A DNA stretch of 63,590 bases, the filler included. It is 15 parts of 15 records of this genome, joined end to end, with 100 filler letters (N's around TTAATTAATTAA, not from the genome) between each part and the next. Parts side by side here need not be neighbours in the genome. Positions count along the whole stretch, not along the records: positions 10,806 to 13,810 come from SRR15195285_8372; positions 13,911 to 16,935 come from SRR15195285_8378; positions 17,036 to 20,410 come from SRR15195285_8380; positions 20,511 to 26,397 come from SRR15195285_8389; 11 more parts are not named here. One strand, given 5' to 3'. The position numbers were made by a program, and so were the translations under genes. Shown here piece after piece: positions 11,015-20,665 of this stretch. Numbering within the stretch: the stretch's first letter is position 1; every line of letters begins with the position of its first letter. The notes under the pieces are model-generated. The model did not search any database. It was given only the letters and a program-made list of their open reading frames with translations, and was not told the origin of the DNA.

Positions 11015-13810
11015 ATGCCCTTCTGGGGGATGGGTGGCACCCATGCGAGGCTGAAGAAGGAGAAGAAGATCGCACTGCAGGGGTACGGCCACTTTGCTTC
11101 TGCTTTTGCTTCTTCTTCTCCTGCTACCAGTAGCCATCGAGTGCTCTGAGCAACGGGGCCGCTTGGTTGGAGCAGGTACTTGGCGAAGCGTGGTGGTTTC
11201 CACAGCGCGTTCCAGCGGCGATTCTGTGTGCTAGCAGACACGACGCTGTACTATTTCAAGACCGAGAAGGACTCAGAGCCTGCGGGCCGCATCGACCTCA
11301 ACAGCTATACGCTGGGCAACGCTGAGGACGAAAAAGGATTTTCCTTCAAGCTGACCCCAAATGGTAAGGGTGACCCAGCGGATACGAAGAACAAGAACCG
11401 CACGTGGGTACTGCAGGCAGAGAACCGTGAGGGCTTGGTGTCGTGGGCGGAGGCTATCGAGCATGCCTTCGTTAGCCAGTACGACGAGGGCGAGAAGAGC
11501 CAGGCCAAGGCGCTGTTCACGACATTCCAAGTGCCGCTGCAGTCCTTCAACATGCTGGTGCAGGTTTTCCTACCCGGTGCTGCAACTAACAAGCTGACGC
11601 TGCCATATGAGATGGTCCGCCACACGCCGTTGTGTGAACTCAAGCAGATCTTCTATGATGACGCCTTGAAGAAAAATCTGCTCCCCAAATCAGGTGTAGA
11701 TCAGTACCACCTTAAAGTAGCGGACACCCATTTGGTCGTAGCCGATGACGCCATGCTGTCGCTGGACGACTTTCTAGCGCCGGAGACTGAAGAGCATTAT
11801 ATCAACAAGACCAAAAAGCCACGCTTCGCAATTCGCTTCAACCTGCATCAGACGATGGAGACTGAATCTGAGCTAGTGCTGGAACGGATGCACTGGAGCA
11901 GTGACACGAAACACACCGCGGGCTGGCTAAACAAACAGTCGTCCAGCATTTGGGGCGGTTGGACGGGGCGCTATTTCACGATTCGTGACGCGGGGTTGGT
12001 GTTCTTCAAGCAGGAAGTGGACACAGGAAAGGCTGTCACGGACCAGTCGCCCACTGGCATCATCCCGCTGGGAGCTGCCACTGCTGTAGAGCAGAGCAGC
12101 AGCCGCACCAGGTATGAAAATACCTTCGAGGTCACGACGCTAGACCGCACGTTCGGGCTGCAGGCGCCGACCTATGATGACCTTCTTATGTGGCTGTACG
12201 CAATTGGTGAGTTGAAGCGTTCAGCAATCAACAGGAAACTAGCTCCGCCGCCGCCCGAGGATGAGCTGCTGGCGATTTTTTATGCTCTGCTCGAGCAGTG
12301 CGACCTAGACGCTGAGGCGAAATCAGAACTTGTGGGTATGGATGACGATGAGAAGTGGATGTGGGTGCAGGAAGCAAAGACTGAGCAGCAAGCGCACGCC
12401 GTCAAGTTTGGATCTGCAGAAGCTGCCAAGATGAGGTCAGAGGCCGAGACCACTGTGGCATCGCTTGCCGAGCTGACAAGCATGAAGCCATCGGATGTTG
12501 AGGATGAAGGGGTTGAGCGAGTCCGGAATGTTCGCATAAAAATCTCAACGACATCACCTGGATGGGTCGCGCAGTTTTGTGGTGCCAAGGGTGGAAACGT
12601 GCTCATGAATCTTGCCGCGCGCGAGGTGCGGAAGGCTCAGAACCCTGCGTTAGGCTATCCAGACGAGGAGCTTGTCGACGAAGTCGTAGTCTGCCTAAAG
12701 TACCTCATGGAGAGCGATGTTGGACTTGAAGAGTTGATGGGTACTTCCGAGCTTGCCAAGTTGTTGCTGCGTATCATCGAACACATCGACACGTCCGCTC
12801 AGCAGGCGCTAGAGTTACTATTCGCTATTTGCTGGTATCGGCGTGAGGACAAAAGGCAGGTCGGGCACGATATGATTGTTGATGCTACAACGCTGCATGT
12901 GGATCGCTATTCGCTGTACCTTGACGTACTGGATCAAGCCCTGCTGCCGACTCGCGACCCAGACGAGGAATCTGATAGTGACGAGGAGTACGAAGAGGAT
13001 TGGGACATCGGATTGCTGACAGTCGGTCTGCTGCTAGTGAATGCAATCTGCAATACGCCGCACTCTGTAGACACTCGTGTCTCAATACGCACCGAGTTTG
13101 TCCACTGCGGCGCCCTGGACACCATGGACCATCTGATGGAAACGCTGCCTCTGGAAACTGCTGGAGACTTGATCGAAGAGATCACTGTGCTGCACCGAGA
13201 GATAGCTGATTTCAAAAAGCAGATGAAGCTAGATGAGGCGCTTGTGGCTGATCAACACCCTGCGAACTACATGCACGGAAAGGCGATGGAAACCATCGAG
13301 TCAATCTCCGTTCACCTGCACGGGAAGACAGAAATGTCGAACTTTACGAATATCCTGGAGTACTTGTCGTTGATCCCGATGGATGGTGTGCTCAGCCATG
13401 GCATGTGGGAGTCGGTTGAACACATGGCCTACCAAGTCATTGTAAAGAACGAAGCACCTAAAAAGGACGTCAAGCTGCGGTCGACCGGCCAATCAATCTC
13501 AGACAGCCTTGCTCGGGGCGAAGCTTCTCTGGTAGCTGAGATGCAGCGCACTGGCGATCTGGTCTCTGAGCTCACCACTAAGAACAAGCAACTCATCGCA
13601 ATGCTTGAAGCGGTTGGCGTCGAGGTAGACCCTTCACTAAAGCACGACGGCGGCAAGCCACCGGACGCAAAAAAAGCAGCGGCACTGCTAGAGAAGGTGC
13701 AGAAGCTTACAGTAGCGCCTGCTGGCGGGCAAGCACCCGCTCCTCCCAAACCAACTGGCGGTGCAACACGTGGGCCACCCGCACCACCGCCGCCACCACC
13801 GCCGCCGCCT
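11015..13810 (+). CDS. Formin-like protein: two PH domains, GBD/FH3 and start of FH1; 3'-truncated
   Basis: Exon 1 MPFWGMGG..IALQG splices to YLAKRGG..FQRRFCVL (PH1). AGWLNKQSS..WTGRYF marks PH2. PPPPEDELLAIFYALL..DDEKWMWV, WVAQFCGAKG and LVNAICNTP..RVSIRTEF match diaphanous GBD/FH3. Polyproline at the contig end. Confidence 0.8.
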
Positions 13811-14167
13811 NNNNNNNNNNNNNNNNNNNNNNNNNNNNNNNNNNNNNNNNNNNNTTAATTAATTAANNNNNNNNNNNNNNNNNNNNNNNNNNNNNNNNNN
13901 NNNNNNNNNNGCAGCAGCAGCAGCAGCAGCAGCCTCCGCAGCCGCCGCATGGGCCTGACGTTAGTATAGGTAACGCAACCGTAATAGTGTTGGTGTAGGT
14001 AGTGCTGTACTGTAGATGGCACGGATGTCTTGTGCCCAAACATGTACAAAGAACTACAGTTCGCAATGCAAGGTCTGTGATTGTGTACCTGACAGGTACA
14101 GACCAATGCAACTCTCTCTTCGGTAGTAGCACGACCATGCAATTGCACAACTACCATCCATTGCAAA

Positions 14168-15584
14168 TCACAGCTTGGCATGGTGGCGACTGTGGGTTGT
14201 TGTAAAAACGTTCATCCCTGAATACCCGGAGTAGTACGTCGGACAGGTTGCCGCTGTTAACTCCCACGCCGCTTCAAACGCAGCCACCACGGCGTCACTC
14301 AGTGGACCGCTTCCTGCACCGACGCAAGCATTGAGATTCTCTTCCAGCTGTGCTTCTGAAGATGCACCGAGAATGACCCCATCACCTTTGGCTGCGTCGA
14401 GCAACGAGTGATGCATGAGCCACCGATGCGCGGCGTCTTGCACAGCAATTGGCCCACCGTCGCAGGACTGGCAGGCAGCGTGGAGATTTCTCAGTGCCGA
14501 CAGGTAAGCTGGTCGCCAGTAACGCGCGGTATATTCGTGTCCAATCTTCATTGGTCCAGCTTGGGTCGGGTCGAACCGTCCACCATCACGCGGAGGATCA
14601 CTTGCTATCTCGGCACCGCTGCCGTCTGTTGCCGAGGGTTGCATGTCGGTGACCGCTGCGGCGCGTTTATCCGTGAGCAGTCCTCCGGCAAGCAGGTTGA
14701 ATGCGTAAAATCGCATACCACACTTCCGCAGAACGGGGAATAACTCTTCGGTGGCACGAGTGACTGCATTGTACATGCCTTGGTAGACAGTAGGTTGGAT
14801 CCATCCATGCTCCTTGGTGATGTAGTAGATCTCCATGACCTCCCACGGAGCGAAGTTACTCAAACCAAACTCCAGTAGCTTGCCCTCCTTGTGCATGGCT
14901 GCGAACCGCATAAACGCCACGGATGAGTTGTACCGCTGTGCTGGTCAAACGTTAGCGCGTACAAAAAGAGATGGGAGTTCGCACCGTCGACAGTCTGCAG
15001 CGTCTCACGAATCGGCGTATTGCTGTCCGGGGCGTGCAGATAGAACAGGTCGACACAGTCCTTGCCGAGCGCCGCAAGCGAGGTCTTCAGCTGCCGCCGG
15101 ACGTTGACGGCATCCAGCGATTCGTCCCACTCTGCCCACGGGTTCGCCTTCGTCGCGATGTGCAGCCGTTTCCCCACCACCGCAGCCTCGCTGTCGAACA
15201 GAGCCCCGAGAATGGCCTCCGTGGATCGTTCGACATCGTCCTCGGCGGTCTCATCGGTGAGACGGTTCGGCATTTGATACATCCCTGCTCCAGTGAATCA
15301 GAGCCTTCTTGAGCAGTCGCCAAGAAACAGTGCACACAGAACCCCAGCACGTGAAATAGTAAGATGACCTATGCAACACCGTGCTCAGGATTGGGTGGAG
15401 AAACGAAGCTACTGGCGGTATCGACCTGCAGCATGCCAGCAGCAGGCAGTGCGGCAGCGAAGGCCTGTAGCATTTGCTTGGCCGTGGCTTGGGTCGCCTG
15501 GCCGCCGACTGTCATAGTGCCCAAAATTACACTCAGCTGATGCCCCCCTGCAGGTGGTGGTGGCGGTGCCACTAATGGCCCCAT
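14168..15584 (-). CDS. Aldo-keto reductase, AKR7 (aflatoxin B1 aldehyde reductase)-like; 3 exons
   Basis: ILGTMTVG, spliced DTARMYQ, IATKANPW, VDLFYLHAPD, FGLSNFAPWEV, PTVYQGMYNA, LMHHSLLD..GDGVILGASS. Ends HHAKL (PTS1-like). Confidence 0.9.
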
Positions 15585-15793
15585 CACCTCGAGAGAAGCC
15601 CCCCCCCCCAGGCGCTGCCGTTTCGGCAACTTCCGTCGTTGCCGCGCCGGCGGTGTTTCGCGTTCAACGCAACGCACATGCATGGCGCATGTATGTTGAA
15701 TGCTGCTACTAGTATGCATGCACGAGGGCTCCTCCCGCCGCCGGCGCGGCGCGGTCCGTCCGTCAGTCGCAGCTCGCTCACTCCGAGTCACGG

Positions 15794-16597
15794 ATGGCTG
15801 AGGGTGGTGGGCGTGGCCCTCCCGTGTGTCTGAGCACGTTCCAACAGCGCTGCTTCGCGCTGGTTCGGCGCATTCCAGCGGGCAAAGTCTCAACCTATGG
15901 CGCTGTCGCGGCCGCGCTGGCTGAGATAGAGGGTACGGAGAAATCAAAGAGAGTGGACCCTTTGGCCACGTCGGTCCTACCGTCCTGGCGCTGCTGTGTT
16001 CCGCGCATTAGTACGGAAATAACCCTTGTTTTCGTGACACCGCCGTGAACTGATTGTGCCGGGCAGGAACTGAGAGTCGCGGCGGCTCAGGCTGTGCGAG
16101 GGCGGTCGGACAGGCGATGCGACGCAATCCATTGGCGCCGAGCACAGGCTGCGAGGACCCGGTGCCCTGACAGCGGGTCATCGCGTCGACTCGCTGGCTG
16201 GGGGGATTCAGTGGTACCTGCATACGCCGTGGAGCCTCCCCCTCCCTCCCTCCGCTTTTCTCTACGTTTCTAGTGCTACCTGGTTAGCTCTGCATTGGAA
16301 TTGCGTGCTGTTTTGACTTCTGTGGGCTCAAGGTTGCTATTTGCCGGAGCAGGTAGCTGGGGAGAATCGGCGCCGTCGGTGCTGAGGAAGAGGGATCTTC
16401 TGGTGGCCGAGGGCGTGAAGTTCGATGCGGATGGACGGGTTGCCAAACAGTCACTACATATTTTCGTGGCGACGGAAGCAGACCTTACCACGCGTTCAGC
16501 TAAGAGCAAGGGCAAACCGCCCGCGAAGTCGACTGTCAGCAGCCGCACCATCGACAAGCATGCCAAGCGTGCCAAATCTAAATCCAGCAGGCAGTAG
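15794..16597 (+). CDS. MGMT: O6-methylguanine-DNA methyltransferase (MGMT/Ogt); predicted selenoprotein with TGA (16168-16170) at the active-site Cys
   Basis: Exons 15794-15932, 16067-16213 and 16353-16597 (GT-AG, phases match) give TFQQRCFALVRRIPAGKVSTYG..ARAVGQAMRRNPLAP..PVP*QRVIASTRWLGGFSGSW..KRDLLVAEGVKFD. The stop sits at C of the PCHRV motif. Basic C-terminal tail. Confidence 0.88.
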
Positions 16598-16641
16598 GAA
16601 TCATCCTGCGTTCTCCTAGCCATGCCGGCTGTGACTGCAGG

Positions 16642-16710
16642 AGCGATGCAATGACGGCTGGGCCAGTGCGACTCCCAATTGATGCACACCAGCCCGAGCG
16701 AAACGTCGCT
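16642..16710 (+). promoter_or_regulatory. SECIS-like element in the 3'UTR of MGMT
   Basis: Helix I AGCGATG/CGTCGCT. Core ATGAC (16651-16655) opposite CGAG (16695-16698). Helix II GGCTGG/CCAGCC plus GTGCG/TGCAC. Starts about 45 nt after the stop and shares CAATGACGGC with the element at 5918-6047. Confidence 0.68.
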
Positions 16711-17530
16711 AGTCATGACGTCGAGCGCACCGCAGCCAGACGTACTAGGAGACCTTCTGATGCAATATAATTATGAATGTGATACTGTAACTATGTGATG
16801 TGGCAGTTGTAAAGCTGACTGAAAAAATAACCTGACAACGGTGCCATTGCAGTGCATCATGGTTCATGGATTGCTACCCATGCGTGGTGGCAGGATCCCA
16901 ACATTCATACTTGAAGCCCTTCACCTTACTTTTCANNNNNNNNNNNNNNNNNNNNNNNNNNNNNNNNNNNNNNNNNNNNTTAATTAATTAANNNNNNNNN
17001 NNNNNNNNNNNNNNNNNNNNNNNNNNNNNNNNNNNCTCAAGCCACTCCTTGGTGGCAAGCCGAGGCGCAACACCAGCCGTGCAGATGCATCGGAAGACAG
17101 CAGTATATTGTCAGAGTCAGGACGTGACCTCAACCCACTACAGTCCAGCAGTCGAAGAGATGCAACACACGCGACGCCCAAAGCGGCTTACATAGGCAGC
17201 GATCTTGCTGCGAGCAGCGGTGCGCATGTGGATTTTGGAGAAGGCGTACCCCGTGACTCAACAGAGGCAGGCGCGCAAGATTTCGCGCTGAGTCCAGCAA
17301 CTCCGAGTGAACAGCGGCAGTAGAAAGGTGTATGTTCCAGGTGTATACTCGATGCGCATGGAATCTCGCTTGTCAACTAATAGTAGCAGTACTAGTACAA
17401 TCCCAAGCGACGGGCAACCGAATGCCCGGTCTCGCTTGCCAAAGCACTCAACCGATCTCTATATCGCACTTGTCAAGCTGCAGTGCGTATACCGGTCAAG
17501 ACAATACTTGGAAAGCAATTTTCATTGCAC

Positions 17531-20410
17531 TCACGCGCGCTTGGCATGTTCGATATCAATCAGTGCTGCGTACTGCTCCGCCTCCTGCAACGGAACCGCA
17601 CACCTCAGAGTGTCAACACCTCGTGTCGTGTGCCGCGCGCACAGCTCGAATGTATGCATGCGTGCGTGCGTGTGGCGGCAAATGCTCACTGTCGTCATCC
17701 CTGCCGCCTCGGCATGGTGCGCAATCGTTTTGTAGGCCGCAACCATCGCTGCAAAGTCCGCCGCTGATGCGCCTTCAGTTAGAGCTGCCATGTCCGCCAC
17801 CTTTCGTTTGTACCAACGCACCAAATTCTTGTGCGTTTTTGCGCGCTGATCGAAAATCATCTGGTGGTAACGAAGCTGCTGAGTTTCGACCGAAGCAAAC
17901 ACTATACGTTCTCCGTCACTGTCACAGATCACGAAGAGGAAGAGATTAGCCACAGGTGTGGGGGTGGAGGCGTAGAGCATAGATCACAGATACATCAGCG
18001 CAGCGCTGCTTACCTTCTCAGGTATGGCGCGTCTGTGTCCGGATCCACGTTCCTTGCAAGAAAGTCAATATGCTCAGCCACGACGGCGGTCTGGCCTTCG
18101 TCCTGTCCCGAAGCATCTGAGTACTCCATCACCCACTGTTTGTTGAGCAGCATCGGATGCAGCTCCCGGAGCACAGCCGTGGCGACGTAAGGTTCGTCGA
18201 CCTCCTCGGCAGTATCCGACGCCAATACAGCGCAGACCTGCAATGTGAATATCCTGCGGTTGCAGCAAGAGCAGTGAGCGCGCATTGCAACTGTACGATA
18301 AAACAGCATCACGGGTAGTGACCAACGAATGCCGGTGGAGCAAACGGATCTCACCTATCGGCACCGACTGCAGCAGCAGACCTCGTGCGCTTGGCGCGGG
18401 TTGTCGTTGAAGCTGTCGTCGGCAAGGGAGGGGGTGCTCTGCCCTGATCCTGGTCTGTCGTGGGCTCGCCAGGAACTCCAGGCACTTCAGGTACCATCGC
18501 ACCAGCGGCACCGCCACCATCCATGTAGTTCTGTGTTTCACCGACGAGACTCTCGGCTGCCTCAGGCGCCGGCGTGTCAAACCATTGGATTTGGCTGTAG
18601 GCGATCCAGTCAAGATCGGACCACTTCTGTGGCTTCGAACTCCCGCCAGAGCGATGATTGCTGGCCTCCAACGCTGCAGCGCCAGTGTAAGCTAATCCGG
18701 CATCCAACGGCGGAGGATCAAGCGTTACGACGATGATACAGTGCACTTCTGGCTGACGCAAAAGTTTCTTTGAAGAGCACAGTTTGTAGAGTAGGGCCCA
18801 GCCCTCATGTGAGAGTGCATCCGCACGCTCTACCACGTAAACCATGCTGCGCAACGAAGCTGGATCCGCGATAAGTTTGCTCAGCTCTTTGTTGTTGCGC
18901 GTGTGTCGTCGGATAGTCTCCTTCCTACGCTGCTCAATCTGGTCCTCATCATCGGTTTCCTTGTCAATCTCAGATTCCAATTCTGGTGCGATTGGAACGT
19001 GGCATCGATCCATCGGTTCCTGCATTGCGCGTCGGTTCGAGTTCTCAATTGCCTCGAAGAGTGGGTCCAACTGCCAGTGACCCGCGATATCGGTCTGTGC
19101 CACAACCACTACACCGCGCCCTTTCTTTTTCTTCATCTGGGTTTCCTGGGATTGGTCCAATCGACCAAGCAGGCGGTCTAGCTGACCCTCCCACTCGGTG
19201 ACGCGCTGATTATGCGCAGCTAGTTTCTGCCGTAGCCTCTCCTCAAGCGACCGAGTGTCTTCCCCAGGCGCGTGCGGTACGTACGACACAAGCTCTTCCT
19301 TAAATCCCTTGAATGGCATGGGTCGAGTAACGGTGAATGAAATCCCTTCGCACACATCAAGCGTGGCTCGGTCGCACAGAATGCCCCCAGTCTCTTTTAT
19401 TAGCTTGCATGTCATCAACCGAGCTGCGAAATTGACATGTGAGCCATGCATGGTGTACTCGGAGCGGATACGTCCGCCGACACAGCCAATCCACACCGTA
19501 CCAGTTGTAATACCTATCGCAGTTTTAAATGTTGGTTGTCCCTCTGGAACAGGGATTGAAGTGATGGAACGAACCATCTCCAGTGCGGACAGCACCGCTT
19601 GATTCGCCTGATCGAATGCGATGAGCATCGAGGTGCCCTTGTCGTCTGAGATGACGCGAGTCAACGTGCCATCGTACTTCTTGAGGATAAGCTGCACCTG
19701 CGAAGTAATTGCTCCAAGTTCCATCACTGCCACTTCACCCTCCTGAGATTCGTAGTCGATTCCAATCAATCGACAGAATGCTGTGCTGATCGTTCTATGC
19801 TGCGCTACGGTAGTCAAGCCAGCCTGTACCTGCTCTACGACAGGTGTCGCAACATACTGCATGAGGAGGTTTGCCAGCATATCCCGCTTCTTCTCGCCTT
19901 TCACTGTTTCCCACGGTCTGATGAACTTGGGGACCTTGGTTGGACCGAGATACGTCATCAACAAGTAGTTCCCACTCGGAAGCTTTTTCTTGCGCATATC
20001 AATTCCTTTGACTAATTCATGGGCTTCGAACGAGAGAGCAACCTCGCCTGCACCCGCGTCTTCATCAGCTTTGCGAACTTGTCCCATCACGGGCCCATCA
20101 ATTAAGTACTCCCATTTGCCAGCAACCCCACCGACATGGTATCCATAAACCATCCCAGCCCCAATCGCAACATGGATGTTGAGCTTGGCAACAAGTTCGC
20201 TGATTTCGTCCTCGAACTGTCGTTCCGAGGCTCGGGCAACAACGTCCCGCTGCCGGTTGGTCATCTCCACGCTGACCCGGATGGCCTGTCCAGTTGCCAA
20301 GGCAAGAGCCGAGTAATTGTAGTCCAGATCCTTCTCTAGGTCCACGTAGTCCTCAGCTTGAAAGACTGCAATGACGCAGTCACCCGCAAATTTGATCACA
20401 TCACCTCCAC
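17531..20410 (-). CDS. Class III nucleotidyl cyclase, soluble adenylyl cyclase (ADCY10)-like; 5'-truncated, 3' end uncertain
   Basis: GGDVIKFAGDCVIAVF (first cyclase domain); ISDDKGTSMLIAF, GITTGTVWIGCVGG..RSEYTMHGSHVNFAARLM (second domain); further spliced exons near 18255-18013 and 17920-17690. Confidence 0.8.
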
Positions 20411-20665
20411 NNNNNNNNNNNNNNNNNNNNNNNNNNNNNNNNNNNNNNNNNNNNTTAATTAATTAANNNNNNNNNNNNNNNNNNNNNNNNNNNNNNNNNN
20501 NNNNNNNNNNGGTCCGCGGCGTCTGCTGCATTTCTCAGTGAGTTCTATGTATAATCCTCCACTTACCGTTGCCGCAGGTCCGCTCCCGGGGCTGCGTGCC
20601 TTAGCCTGCAGGGGTCGAAGATCTCGCCGCTACTAGTAGGACAGGGGGGATACTAGTAGGTCTCG

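Noticed and set aside
6356-16170. Alternative genetic code (TGA = Cys or Trp) as the explanation for the in-frame TGAs
   Set aside because: TGA is the real terminator of several intact genes here (888-890, 5084-5086, AKR7, APC5, beta-hydroxylase), and Cys/Trp use standard codons. Only the two genes with SECIS-like hairpins read through.
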